This document shows positions 9,287 to 19,144 of a stretch of 64,000 bases of DNA, piece by piece (within the stretch, counting starts at the first letter, position 1; the number at the start of each line of letters is the position of its first letter). A program made the translations under genes and the position numbers. The stretch comes from Candidatus Levybacteria bacterium RIFCSPHIGHO2_01_FULL_36_15b (GTDB lineage: Bacteria > Patescibacteriota > Microgenomatia > Levybacterales > UBA12049), in contig MFNK01000003.1 of assembly GCA_001782045.1 (NCBI GenBank), positions 26,070 to 90,069 of the forward strand, in the 5' to 3' direction. A model generated the notes under the pieces. The model was not told the origin of the DNA, did no database searches, and saw only the letters and a program-made list of their open reading frames with translations.

Positions 9287-10192
9287 ATGAAAAGGATTGT
9301 TACACACACATCGCCTGATATGGACGCTATTACGTCCGTATGGTTTATAAAAAGATATTTGTCCGGTTGGGAAGACGCAGAAGTTCGCTTTGTGCCGGCG
9401 GGACAGCGAATAGGAAATTTGTCAGACCAAAAAGCGGTGGAGCTAAAAGACCCGATTGAAATAATCAGCGGGCACGAAGTAATTCACGTAGATACCGGAA
9501 TGGGGCCGCTTGATCACCATCAAATTAAAGATACAAATACATGTGCCGCTTCTTTAACCTTCGATTACGTTAAAAAACATCTTTTACAAAAGAATCTAGA
9601 CATTGATCCCGTAAAGCTGCAGGCTTTAGAGCGAATATCGGATTTTGTAGTAGAGGTAGACCATTTTAAAGAAGCATTTAGAAAAGATGCGCTGGAAAAT
9701 TACAACAATTTTTCTATTACGGAAATTTTAGATGGATTAAAATTTCAGCATCCAAATGATGACAAATATTATGTTGATTTTATTTGCATTTGCCTTGATG
9801 CAATACTCCACGATATAGAAAACAGAATTTGGGCAGAAACGGAAATAAAAGAAATTGGAATTGATTTTGAAACAAAATGGGGAAAAGGCCTTGGAATAGA
9901 AACCATAAATGATTCTGTTGTAAAGCTTGCGCAGCTTATGGGATATATAATAGTTGTTAGAAAAGACCCAAGAAAAGGCTACGTTCGAATTAAAGCAAGA
10001 CCTAATAGTAATGGGGAAAAAGGAATAGACTTAACACTTGTTTCCGAAAAACTTAAGAAAATGGATCCTGCCGCTACTTGGTTTTTGCATGTTTCCGGCA
10101 AAATGCTTTTAAACGGTACTCCAAAAAATCCAAAAATGAAACCAAGTAAGCTTTCTTTGCAAGAAATTATAGGAGTATTAAAGGAAATTTAA
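9287..10192 (+). CDS. DHH-family phosphoesterase (NrnA-like)
   Basis: IVTHTSPDMDAITS (DHH motif I-like) and GMGPLDHHQ (DHH motif). Start moved to ATG 9287 to avoid overlapping the divergent M23 gene. Confidence 0.6.
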   Translation: MKRIVTHTSPDMDAITSVWFIKRYLSGWEDAEVRFVPAGQRIGNLSDQKAVELKDPIEIISGHEVIHVDTGMGPLDHHQIKDTNTCAASLTFDYVKKHLLQKNLDIDPVKLQALERISDFVVEVDHFKEAFRKDALENYNNFSITEILDGLKFQHPNDDKYYVDFICICLDAILHDIENRIWAETEIKEIGIDFETKWGKGLGIETINDSVVKLAQLMGYIIVVRKDPRKGYVRIKARPNSNGEKGIDLTLVSEKLKKMDPAATWFLHVSGKMLLNGTPKNPKMKPSKLSLQEIIGVLKEI

Positions 10193-10194
10193 TT

Positions 10195-10599
10195 ATGGAA
10201 GACTGCATTTTTTGTAAAATTGTAAACAATCAAGTTAACTCAGTTAGGACGTATGAAGATGAAAATACGATTGCTTTTATGGAGGCAACTCCTTCCGCAC
10301 CCGGCCATGTTATGGTAATTTCTAAAAAACATGGCAAAAGCATATTTGATTATGAAGGAAAAGACTTGGGAGTTTTAATGGATACCGTTTCAAAAGTAGC
10401 CAAAAAAATAGAAAAAGCACTAAGTTCGGATTCAATTACTATTGGTATAAATCATTTAGAAAAAAAAGGGGTTCCGCATTTGCATATTCATCTTATTCCA
10501 AGATGGGACAATGATAAAGGCGGAATAATTCAAAGTATTGTTAAAAATGTTCCTAGACAGTCACGAGAAGAAATTGCCGAAAGGATAAAAAAAGCGTAA
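10195..10599 (+). CDS. HIT-family nucleotide hydrolase
   Basis: Histidine triad HLHIHLIP near the C-terminus. Confidence 0.85.
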   Translation: MEDCIFCKIVNNQVNSVRTYEDENTIAFMEATPSAPGHVMVISKKHGKSIFDYEGKDLGVLMDTVSKVAKKIEKALSSDSITIGINHLEKKGVPHLHIHLIPRWDNDKGGIIQSIVKNVPRQSREEIAERIKKA

Positions 10600-10628
10600 A
10601 ATGAAGCATATAAAAGGGGGTGTTTTTT

Positions 10629-10814
10629 ATGGTAGTAGTTAAAAAAATGCCGGGAGACTCAGACGAGGCATTAATTAGAAAATTTAGTAGAAAAGTTATA
10701 AATGAGGGAATTTTACAAGAAGCAAAAAGACGAGAATTTTATCTTAAGCCCTCGTTAGCTAAAAAACAAAAGCAAGAGGATGCAAGAAGAGCTAAGAAGA
10801 CGCCTGCTTTTTAA
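10629..10814 (+). CDS. rpsU: 30S ribosomal protein S21
   Basis: MVVVKKMPGDSDEALIRKFSRKV...REFYLKPS; SD AAGGGGGTG 8 nt upstream of ATG 10629. Confidence 0.85.
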   Translation: MVVVKKMPGDSDEALIRKFSRKVINEGILQEAKRREFYLKPSLAKKQKQEDARRAKKTPAF

Positions 10815-10816
10815 AA

Positions 10817-11203
10817 ATGGCTAATTTATCGATTCCCATATTTGTTGAAAGCCGTTATAAGATAAACCGAAAAAGAATAAAAAGCAAAATTACTGATGTT
10901 TTGGAAAAAAATTCAGTACTAGGTCCGGTTGAAATTTCTGTCGCAATTGTAGGAGACAGAAAAATGAGAAAACTTTCCAAAACTTATAAAGGCGAAGATA
11001 AAACAAGAAATATTCTTTCATTTTCGCAAAGAGAAGGGGAGGCTATTAAGCGTCCAAGCGAAAAGTTAATACTTGGTGACATTGTTATATCTTTTCCGGT
11101 TGTAATAAATGAGGCGTCAAGAGATGAAATGCTGGTTGATGATAAAATAGACGAATTAATAGAGCATGGTTTGATGCATCTTTTAGGCTTACATCACGAG
11201 TAA
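10817..11203 (+). CDS. ybeY: rRNA maturation endoribonuclease YbeY
   Basis: C-terminal HGLMHLLGLHHE zinc-binding motif; LGDIVISFP. Confidence 0.85.
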   Translation: MANLSIPIFVESRYKINRKRIKSKITDVLEKNSVLGPVEISVAIVGDRKMRKLSKTYKGEDKTRNILSFSQREGEAIKRPSEKLILGDIVISFPVVINEASRDEMLVDDKIDELIEHGLMHLLGLHHE

Positions 11204-11205
11204 AA

Positions 11206-12591
11206 TTGCTTATGGTATTTTACAGAACTTACAGACCTCAAAAAATTTCGGAACTAGATAGCGCCGATTTGAGAGAACGTTTATATTCTATTTTTACTAA
11301 AAATTTTGACACCGCACATGCATATCTTTTTTCCGGACCCAAGGGCCTTGGAAAAACATCGGCTGCAAGAATTGTTGCAAAGGTTATTAATTGTGAAAAA
11401 CACGAAAAACTTAAGAAAGCAAAGCTTACCGAAGCGGAAATCGAACCCGATAACAAATGTTGGCAATGCACATCCATTACATCGGGGACAAATTTTGATG
11501 TCTTAGAAATAGACGGTGCTTCAAATAGGGGAATTGATGAAATAAGAGATTTAAAAGAGAAAATAAATCTTCTTCCCGGTAAAGCTGCAAGAAAAGTTTA
11601 CATAATTGATGAAGTGCATATGTTGACATCTGAGGCCTTTAACGCTCTTTTGAAAACCTTAGAAGAGCCTCCCGCTCACGCTGTTTTTATTTTATGTACG
11701 ACAGAGCTGCATAAAGTTCCCCAAACAATTGTTTCAAGATGCTTTAGGGTAGATTTTAAAAAAGCAACGGATGAGGAAATTGAAAGATCGCTTTTAAGAA
11801 TAATAAAGGGAGAATCGATAAAGATTGAAAAGCAAGCAATATCAGCAATTGCTAAAATAAGCGACGGAAGCTTTAGAGATGCTGCAAAGATTCTTGAGGA
11901 ATTAAGCTTAACTTCGGGCAAAAAAACAATTACTCAAGATTATGTTTCCGAAAAATTTAACACTTTGGGAATTGAGTTGGCAATCGAGCAATTTATAAAT
12001 AGCTTAAACACAAAAGATACTAAAAAGGGTTTTGAAGTAGTTTCAAAGCTCGCCAAACAAGGAATTGATTTTAAATTCTTTATCGAGAATCTATTAGAAA
12101 AATTTCATTTAATGCTCTTGGGCAAATTAGGAGTAGGGCCTACATTAGAAGATAAATTTGAGATTTCGGAGATAAAAACAATACTTGAGCTTTTAGCAAA
12201 GGCTCATTCGGAAACTAAATATGCGGTTTTACCACAATTACCACTCGAACTCATGATTGTTGAATGGAGCGAAAGAGCTCAGAGTTTAGAGTTCAGAGTT
12301 CAGAATTCACAAGGTAATCAGGTCGCTGCGGGTCGATTACCTTCCGCTGGCAAATTAGATAGTTTTTATAACGATTTTATAAACGAGGTAAAAGTGCATA
12401 ATCATTTAATAGCTGGCGTACTTAGAAGTTGCGAGATAGAGCAGACAAACGGAAGTATGCAAATTATTGCAATTTCAAAGTTTCATAAAGAAAAACTAGA
12501 GGAATCAAAAACATTTAAAATTCTACAAGATGTAGCAGAGGCTTTAGTTGGAAAAAAAGTTAAATTAGATATAATACTTAGGCCCAGTTAA
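11206..12591 (+). CDS. dnaX: DNA polymerase III subunit gamma/tau
   Basis: Walker A GPKGLGKTSAARIVAK, Cys module NCE...CWQC, DEVHML Walker B, sensor motifs. Confidence 0.85.
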   Translation: MLMVFYRTYRPQKISELDSADLRERLYSIFTKNFDTAHAYLFSGPKGLGKTSAARIVAKVINCEKHEKLKKAKLTEAEIEPDNKCWQCTSITSGTNFDVLEIDGASNRGIDEIRDLKEKINLLPGKAARKVYIIDEVHMLTSEAFNALLKTLEEPPAHAVFILCTTELHKVPQTIVSRCFRVDFKKATDEEIERSLLRIIKGESIKIEKQAISAIAKISDGSFRDAAKILEELSLTSGKKTITQDYVSEKFNTLGIELAIEQFINSLNTKDTKKGFEVVSKLAKQGIDFKFFIENLLEKFHLMLLGKLGVGPTLEDKFEISEIKTILELLAKAHSETKYAVLPQLPLELMIVEWSERAQSLEFRVQNSQGNQVAAGRLPSAGKLDSFYNDFINEVKVHNHLIAGVLRSCEIEQTNGSMQIIAISKFHKEKLEESKTFKILQDVAEALVGKKVKLDIILRPS

Positions 12592-12670
12592 GTTTACCGT
12601 TCGCCTTTTCAGTTCTATTCGAACACGGCTCACGGAGCACTTTTAACGGGCCAGGGGAGGTGAATTATGT

Positions 12671-12952
12671 ATGGATAATCCATTTTCAAAATTAGGAGAA
12701 TTAAAGCGAATGAGAGATCAGGCGATGAAGATTCAGAAAGAACTTCAAGCAGAAATTGTAAACGTTGATAGCCACGGAGTTCAAATAGTTATAACAGGAG
12801 ATCAAAAAATTCAAAGCATTTCAACAAACGGAAAATCAGACAACGACATTATGGAGGCTATTAACGAAGCTGTTAAAAAATCACAGGAAGTAGCAGCAAG
12901 AAAACTTTCTACTATGCAGGGCGGTCTTTCGGGGCTTCTGGGAGGACAATAA
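12671..12952 (+). CDS. ybaB: YbaB/EbfC nucleoid-associated protein
   Basis: Position between dnaX and recR; size and sequence pattern (MQGGLSGLLGG C-terminus). Confidence 0.75.
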   Translation: MDNPFSKLGELKRMRDQAMKIQKELQAEIVNVDSHGVQIVITGDQKIQSISTNGKSDNDIMEAINEAVKKSQEVAARKLSTMQGGLSGLLGGQ

Positions 12953-12991
12953 TCGCCTTGCTACGCAGCTTACAAAAAAGTAAAATAAATT

Positions 12992-13894
12992 ATGAAGATT
13001 TTTTGTGGCAAAGCAGGTAAAAATTTAGGAACCAAAGTTGCTAAAAAATTAAACCTAACTCTTTCTCCAGTTGAGATTTTTGTATTTCCCGATTTAGAAA
13101 AAAGAATAAGAATTGTCGAAAATGTTGTTAACGAGGATTGTGTAATAATTCAGTCGGCAAGCATACCACCCGATGAAAATTATATGGAGCTTTTCATTAT
13201 GATTGATGCTCTAAAAAGATCTGGTGCTGCATCAATTAAAGCCGTAATTCCATATCTTGGCTACCAGCGGCAAGATCATATATTTAGGGATGGAGAAGCA
13301 GTTTCTTTAGAAGTGATTGCAAAAATACTCACAACCTTAGGAATGGGCAAGCTTATTACTTTTGACCTTCATTCTATAAAGATTCCAGAACTATTTTCCG
13401 TACCGGTTGAACATTTATCAGCTCTTCCTCTTTTTGCAGAAAATATAAAACAAAACTTTGAAAACAAGGATTTTGTTCTCGTCTCGCCGGATATGGGCGG
13501 AATAAGAAGAATAAAAGAAATAAGTGAGCTTTTAGAAAATGCCACTTTTGCAACGATAGAAAAAAATAGAGACCTTGGCAACGGTGAAATTGAAGATAAG
13601 GGGTTAAATGGGAATGTAAGGGGGAAGGTTGCAATAATTGTGGACGATATGATTTCAACTGGAAAAACACTAGTTGAGGGCGCAGAACTTTTAATAAATG
13701 AAGGGGCAAGTAAGGTTTATGCTTATGCTACACACCCGGTTTTTGCAAGACATTCGGATAAGCTTTTACAACATAGCAAAATTGAAAGAATTGTTGTAAC
13801 AGATACCATTGATATTCCCGCTTATTCTGAGTTTGCAAAACTTGAGGTCTTATCTGTTGCAGATATAACAGCAAAGGCTTTAAAATCATCTTAA
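12992..13894 (+). CDS. prs: ribose-phosphate pyrophosphokinase
   Basis: N-terminal MKIFCGKAG...FPDLEKRIRI... and PRPP-binding VDDMISTGKT motif. Confidence 0.85.
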   Translation: MKIFCGKAGKNLGTKVAKKLNLTLSPVEIFVFPDLEKRIRIVENVVNEDCVIIQSASIPPDENYMELFIMIDALKRSGAASIKAVIPYLGYQRQDHIFRDGEAVSLEVIAKILTTLGMGKLITFDLHSIKIPELFSVPVEHLSALPLFAENIKQNFENKDFVLVSPDMGGIRRIKEISELLENATFATIEKNRDLGNGEIEDKGLNGNVRGKVAIIVDDMISTGKTLVEGAELLINEGASKVYAYATHPVFARHSDKLLQHSKIERIVVTDTIDIPAYSEFAKLEVLSVADITAKALKSS

Positions 13895-13897
13895 TTT

Positions 13898-14512
13898 ATG
13901 ACAATACCAACAACAATTAAAAAACTAACAGAGTCTTTTGAAAAGCTTCCCGGTGTTGGTCCTAAAACCGCACAGCGGCTTACTTTTTATCTTTTACATG
14001 TTCCGCAAGGGCAGCTTGATACATTTGCCCAAAGTCTTTCAAATTTAAAGAAGGATACATTAATATGCACAAACTGTTTTATGACGGACGAAAAAAATCC
14101 CTGCAGCATATGTTCCGATAAATCAAGAGATGAATCTTTGATTTGTGTAGTAGAGGAGCCACTGGACGTTCTTGCTTTGGAAAAAAATGGAAAGTACAGA
14201 GGCTTATACCATGTTTTACACGGTAAAATTGATCCGCTTAATAATATTGGGCCGGACGAAATTTATATATCGCCGCTTCTAAAAAGACTTAAAACTCATG
14301 CAATTAGCGAAATTATTCTTGCAACTAATCCAACTATGGAAGGTGAAGCAACAGCAATGTATATTGCAAAGCAAATTAAAAATCAAATCTCAAATCTCAA
14401 ATCTCAAATTAAAATAACCAGAATTGGAAGAGGCTTGCCTGTTGGAGGGGACTTGGAATATGCAGATGATGTTACGCTGCAACGCGCAATGGAGGGGAGA
14501 AGTGATTTTTAA
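13898..14512 (+). CDS. recR: recombination protein RecR
   Basis: KLPGVGPKTAQRL helix-hairpin-helix, C4 zinc finger CTNC...CSIC, Toprim domain. Confidence 0.9.
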   Translation: MTIPTTIKKLTESFEKLPGVGPKTAQRLTFYLLHVPQGQLDTFAQSLSNLKKDTLICTNCFMTDEKNPCSICSDKSRDESLICVVEEPLDVLALEKNGKYRGLYHVLHGKIDPLNNIGPDEIYISPLLKRLKTHAISEIILATNPTMEGEATAMYIAKQIKNQISNLKSQIKITRIGRGLPVGGDLEYADDVTLQRAMEGRSDF

Positions 14513-14997
14513 TGGATAAAAACTCAACATTTGGTCAACTTTTTGAGCAAGGGAAGTCAGCAATAGACGATAGTGCTTCTAATGTAATAGATGCCACAAA
14601 ACAACAAATTACAGGAAGTCAGCCTGCACAAAGCCAGCCCAACCTTCAAAATAACGAACTTCAGGCGCAATTGTCAGATGATTCTCGGGAAATTATAAAT
14701 GATTTTTACGCACCATCACAAAACACAAATACGCCGCAAGATTTAGAAGATAAAGAAGAAAAACTTGCTAAAGTAAGAAAAGAACTTCAGGGTTTTAAAT
14801 CCTCTCTGCATCAAACAACCTATTACGAACCACTCTTTGCTTATGAGAAAAAAAAGAAAGAGGCATCACAGCAGCAAGAAGAATATCAAGAAGAGGAGAA
14901 GAAGATGGAAGAATTACAGCAAGCTGAAAAGAAAAAGCAAGATTTAGATACTTTTAGAAAACAAAGAGGCGTGGAAATAAGAGCAAGTGCAGGATGA
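14512..14997 (+). CDS. hypothetical Q/E/K-rich low-complexity protein
   Basis: Translationally coupled to recR (TAATG) and cysS (ATGA); no domain recognised. Confidence 0.4.
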   Translation: MDKNSTFGQLFEQGKSAIDDSASNVIDATKQQITGSQPAQSQPNLQNNELQAQLSDDSREIINDFYAPSQNTNTPQDLEDKEEKLAKVRKELQGFKSSLHQTTYYEPLFAYEKKKKEASQQQEEYQEEEKKMEELQQAEKKKQDLDTFRKQRGVEIRASAG

Positions 14998-16166
14998 AAA
15001 TATATAACACCTTATCAAGATCTATTGAAGAATTTAAGCCCCTTATAGATAATCAGGTAAAAATGTATACCTGCGGACCTACTGTGTATGACAGAATGCA
15101 CGTAGGAAATTTAAGAACGTTTGTGCTTTCAGATGTTTTGGAAAGAGCTTTAAAGCTAGAAGGATTTAAAGTTGAATCTGTTCAGAATATTACTGATGTT
15201 GACGACAAAATAATAAAAAGAGCGATTGAAAGTAAAAAAGACTTGAAAGAAATAGCTGATGAGTTTACTAAATATTTTATAGACGACGTAAATAAACTAA
15301 ATATTAATTGGAATTCTGAAAATCAACCTAAGGTAAGTGATTACATTGAAAAAATTGCTAATTACGTAAAAGTTTTGCAGGATAAAGGTTTTGCATATGA
15401 AAAAGACGGCTCGGTATATTTTGACATATCAAAATTTGAAGATTACGGTAAACTTTCCGGTATAAAAAACGTAAGTTTAAAAACGGGTACAAGAGTTCTT
15501 TCAGATGAATATACAAAAGACGATGTGCAAGACTTTGCTTTATGGAAACATGTTCCCGAGGGAGAACTAGGCAGTTTTGAAAGTAGCCTAGGTTGGGGAA
15601 GGCCCGGTTGGCATATTGAGTGTTCTGTTATGAGTCAGGATAAACTGGGAGATACAATTGATATTCATTTGGGAGGAGTAGATTTAATCTTTCCGCATCA
15701 TGAAAATGAAATAGCTCAATCAGAAGCAAAAACGGGAAAGCAATTTTCCAGGTTTTTTGTGCATGGAGCTCACATGCTTGTTGATGGCAAAAAAATGAGT
15801 AAATCTTTAAAAAATTTTTACACGCTGGATGACATAATTGCAAAAGGAATAGAGCCCCTCGCTCTTAGATATTTATATTTTCAGACTCACTGGCGGCAGG
15901 AAATGAATTTTACATGGGAGGCGCTATCTGCTTCTCAAAACGCTCTAAACAGACTCAAGAGAATAGTTTCAAAATACGACGATCCTAAAATAGGCTGCGC
16001 TGAGCTTGAGGAAAAATTCAAAACAGCAGTTAACAATGATCTGAATATGCCGCAGGCATTAGCAGTAGCATGGGAAACAGTCAACTCGGATTATCCAAGT
16101 TCTGCCAAAAAAAGAAGTTTATTGAATTTTGATGAAATGCTGGGACTTGGTCTTAACTCTGTCTAG
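14994..16166 (+). CDS. cysS: cysteinyl-tRNA synthetase (short form)
   Basis: CGPTVYDRMHVGN (HIGH-region), KMSKSL (KMSKS), zinc-ligand Cys. Confidence 0.85.
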   Translation: MKIYNTLSRSIEEFKPLIDNQVKMYTCGPTVYDRMHVGNLRTFVLSDVLERALKLEGFKVESVQNITDVDDKIIKRAIESKKDLKEIADEFTKYFIDDVNKLNINWNSENQPKVSDYIEKIANYVKVLQDKGFAYEKDGSVYFDISKFEDYGKLSGIKNVSLKTGTRVLSDEYTKDDVQDFALWKHVPEGELGSFESSLGWGRPGWHIECSVMSQDKLGDTIDIHLGGVDLIFPHHENEIAQSEAKTGKQFSRFFVHGAHMLVDGKKMSKSLKNFYTLDDIIAKGIEPLALRYLYFQTHWRQEMNFTWEALSASQNALNRLKRIVSKYDDPKIGCAELEEKFKTAVNNDLNMPQALAVAWETVNSDYPSSAKKRSLLNFDEMLGLGLNSV

Positions 16167-16408
16167 CTTTGGAGATTTCTGCGATTCTTCTTAAAATTTC
16201 TCTTCGTCTATTTGGATCCGACTGTACAGCTGTAACTACAGCAAGTGGTTCTTCCTTTTGAGCACCTTTTACTCTTAGCAAATCTGCGATAAGGTGTAGC
16301 ACATTTTTAAGCGTATCCTAGAATAATAGCCTTGTCAAGTATCAATTCTGCAAAATGTTAATTGACATAAGTTGTATCTATGCCATAATAAATTAGGGGT
16401 GAAATTTA

Positions 16409-16549
16409 ATGGCGAAAAGAAAAAAGTATAATAGAAAACCAAGTACTAAGAGCAAGTCCTTAATTGAATATAATTCCTTAACATTTCTCTTGCTTTTGGC
16501 GTTTGTTCTTTTGGTTTCACTTTTATTAGTTTCAAGAATGCTTTATTAA
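16409..16549 (+). CDS. small hypothetical membrane protein (46 aa)
   Basis: ATG preceded by AGGGGTGAAATTTA SD; basic N-terminus MAKRKKYNRKPSTKSK followed by a hydrophobic helix. Below the ORF-track length cutoff. Confidence 0.25.
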   Translation: MAKRKKYNRKPSTKSKSLIEYNSLTFLLLLAFVLLVSLLLVSRMLY

Positions 16550-16557
16550 TACTTTCC

Positions 16558-17487
16558 ATGCAGGAAATCGGATACAACAAACCTCTTTATATTCTGCCAT
16601 TTGACCACAGAGCTACTTTTGCAGTTTCTTTTGGCTATAGCTCTACTCAATATTTATCATTGCAGCAAAGAGACTTAATCAGAGATTTTAAAATGCTTGT
16701 TTATAATCATTTTAAGGAAATAGTTCATAGGAAAATCCCACTTGGCTATGCCGGAATATTATGCGATGAAGAATTTGGCAGCGAGGTTTTAAGAGAAGCA
16801 AAAGGTGATGGCTTTGTTACCATTCTAACTACAGAGAAAAGCGGACAAAATATAGTTGAGTTTGAATATGGACAGGATTTTGAGCGACATATAGAAAAAT
16901 TTAAGCCTGAATTTACAAAAACTTTAATAAAGTTTAATCCGGAAGATTTACCCGATTCAAGAGAAAAGCAAAAAAGACACATAAAAATTCTAAATGATTT
17001 TAGTCATACAAATAACTATAAATTTTTATTAGAAGTACTTGTTTTGCCGACAGAAAAACAGTTAGCAGAAGTAGGGGGAAGCAATGTAGACTATGATAAG
17101 GTTTTAAGAGCAGATTTGACAGTAAATATTATTTCAGAGCTGCAGGATTATGGAATTGAGCCTGACGTTTGGAAGCTTGAAGGCTTTTCCGAAAAAGAAA
17201 ACTACACTAAAATTATTTCTGCTATACAAAAAGAACATAGGCAAAATGTAGGATTGGTTATATTAGGTAGGGGCGCAGATGAACAGCATGTGGAAGAGTG
17301 GCTTAAAGCAGGATCGGGAATTAAGGGAATAATAGGTTTTGCCGTGGGAAGAACAGTTTTTTGGAATGCATGGGAAAAGTTTTATAAGAAAGAAGCAGAC
17401 AGCGAAGAAGCCTTAAATAGTATTCCGGACAATTTTATAAAGTTTTATAATGTGTTTACAGAAGAATCTTCTACCAATTCTGCCTAA
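16558..17487 (+). CDS. class-I aldolase-like / DUF2090-family protein (putative sugar-phosphate aldolase)
   Basis: N-terminal KPLYILPFDHRATF resembles the DUF2090/IolC-associated aldolase-like family (from memory); next to transketolase, glycerate kinase and FAD oxidase genes. Confidence 0.4.
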   Translation: MQEIGYNKPLYILPFDHRATFAVSFGYSSTQYLSLQQRDLIRDFKMLVYNHFKEIVHRKIPLGYAGILCDEEFGSEVLREAKGDGFVTILTTEKSGQNIVEFEYGQDFERHIEKFKPEFTKTLIKFNPEDLPDSREKQKRHIKILNDFSHTNNYKFLLEVLVLPTEKQLAEVGGSNVDYDKVLRADLTVNIISELQDYGIEPDVWKLEGFSEKENYTKIISAIQKEHRQNVGLVILGRGADEQHVEEWLKAGSGIKGIIGFAVGRTVFWNAWEKFYKKEADSEEALNSIPDNFIKFYNVFTEESSTNSA

Positions 17488-19144
17488 TGTGATTCATTCC
17501 AAACTCCAAAGAAGAATTAGTCTTTTTTAGCGGGTTGAAAATATTTAAGGGATCAAAGATTTGTTTTGTTTTTTCAAATAAAGCATAAACTTCTTCGCCG
17601 TACATCTGTTTTAAATAGAAACTTCTTGCCAATCCGTCGTTGTGTTCGCCCGTAGTTGAACCGTTATATGAAAATACAAGATCATAAACTTCTTTTTCGA
17701 GCTTTGGAATTATTTCCCTTTGAGATTGCTCATGTAAATTCATAAGTGGAATAATATGAAAATTACCGTCTCCTAAGTGTCCTGCAATGGTATAAATAAG
17801 ACTAGGATATTTCGATAAGATTTCATTTAGTTTTGGCAAAAATTCTTGTAAATACTTTGGTTCTACAACAAAATCGTCAATAAACGGGGCAGTGTGCTTA
17901 TCTTTTATTTTCTCTCTTAAAAGGTTAAAACTCTCTCTTCTTATCAGCCAGTATTTCTTAGATTGTTTTTCGTTTCCCGCAACACGCGTGTTCAAATTAA
18001 ACGGCTTAAGCTTTTCCTTTAAAGTCTTTATTTTATCTATTAAATCATCAAAATTATTTCCTGCAAACTCTATTTGTAAAATAAGTTTTGGAACCCCATT
18101 TTTTAATACCATCATAAATTCTGGAATAAAGTGAAATGCAGTAGAGATTATGTTTGCTGCACCCATCTTCTTTGCAAATTCCGGAAAAAACTTAACAGCA
18201 AGCTTAAGGGTATTATCATCGTAGGTTTCAAAACTTTCTGGTTCAAGCGGCAAGACTGTATTTATAATTTCCCCAAGATTATTCATGTCTTTTTCTTCCA
18301 AAAAAACAACAAGCATTTCGCTATGTTTCTTAACCGGAATAAGCTCAAGACTTGCCTGGGTCATTATCCCTAGAGTTCCTTGGGCTCCTACAAAAAGCTT
18401 AGTTAAATCAAAAATATTTTTTTCTTTGTCGTATACATTCCATAAAAAATATCCCGCACTGTTTTTAGAAACCTTGGGTTTGGCGCTTTGTAAAAGATCA
18501 AAGTTTTTAGTAATCAAGGCATGTATGCCTCTGTAAACCTCGCCTTCAAATGAGCTCAATTGAAGTTTCTCTGCAAGTTCTCTGTCGGATAGCGGTTTAA
18601 ACTCATACTCGTTTCCGTCCGCTAAAATCATATTTAGTTTTTTAACATACTTTTCCGTTTTTCCGTATTCTAGCGATTTTTCTCCGCCGGAATTATTATT
18701 TACAATTCCGCCAATTGCACAAATATCTTTAGATGCGGGGTAAGAGGGGAATATGAGATTATGTTGCAGAGTAAATTTTTCAAAATCACGGTAATATACG
18801 CCTGGCTGTGTTGTTGCAACATTTCCCTCAATTCCGATTATTTTATTAAAATGCTCCATAAAAGAGACGATTATTGATTCATTTAAGGGTCCTCCGCTCA
18901 TATCCGTGCCTGCGGCTCTTGCGGTTATTGAAAGCGAAGGATTTTGATTCTTATTTGTTTTAACAAATTTAACAATATTTTTTAAATCCTCTGTATCTTG
19001 CGGAAAAACTACAAAACTTGGTTTAACTTCAAAAATACTTGCATCGTGGTCAAACTTTTTTAGAGTTTCTTCATCTTCGTATGTTTCACCTTTAATTACT
19101 TCTTTTAATTTGCTAAACAAATTTTTATTCATTTTGATTACCAA
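17471..19144 (-). CDS. FAD-linked oxidase (GlcD / D-lactate dehydrogenase-like)
   Basis: PCMH-type FAD-binding N-terminus (ARAAGTDMSGGP...), C-terminal FAD-oxidase domain; 557 aa. Confidence 0.7.
   Translation of the reverse strand: MVIKMNKNLFSKLKEVIKGETYEDEETLKKFDHDASIFEVKPSFVVFPQDTEDLKNIVKFVKTNKNQNPSLSITARAAGTDMSGGPLNESIIVSFMEHFNKIIGIEGNVATTQPGVYYRDFEKFTLQHNLIFPSYPASKDICAIGGIVNNNSGGEKSLEYGKTEKYVKKLNMILADGNEYEFKPLSDRELAEKLQLSSFEGEVYRGIHALITKNFDLLQSAKPKVSKNSAGYFLWNVYDKEKNIFDLTKLFVGAQGTLGIMTQASLELIPVKKHSEMLVVFLEEKDMNNLGEIINTVLPLEPESFETYDDNTLKLAVKFFPEFAKKMGAANIISTAFHFIPEFMMVLKNGVPKLILQIEFAGNNFDDLIDKIKTLKEKLKPFNLNTRVAGNEKQSKKYWLIRRESFNLLREKIKDKHTAPFIDDFVVEPKYLQEFLPKLNEILSKYPSLIYTIAGHLGDGNFHIIPLMNLHEQSQREIIPKLEKEVYDLVFSYNGSTTGEHNDGLARSFYLKQMYGEEVYALFEKTKQIFDPLNIFNPLKKTNSSLEFGMNHIRQNW

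Noticed and set aside
12592-12670. Possible SRP RNA (ffs/scr) between dnaX and ybaB, as in some Firmicutes
   Set aside because: Only a GUUUACC string weakly resembles 4.5S RNA. The conserved domain-IV motifs (AGGUCAGG...GGAA...AGCAGCC) are absent. The spacer more likely holds a hairpin and the ybaB SD (GGAGGTG).
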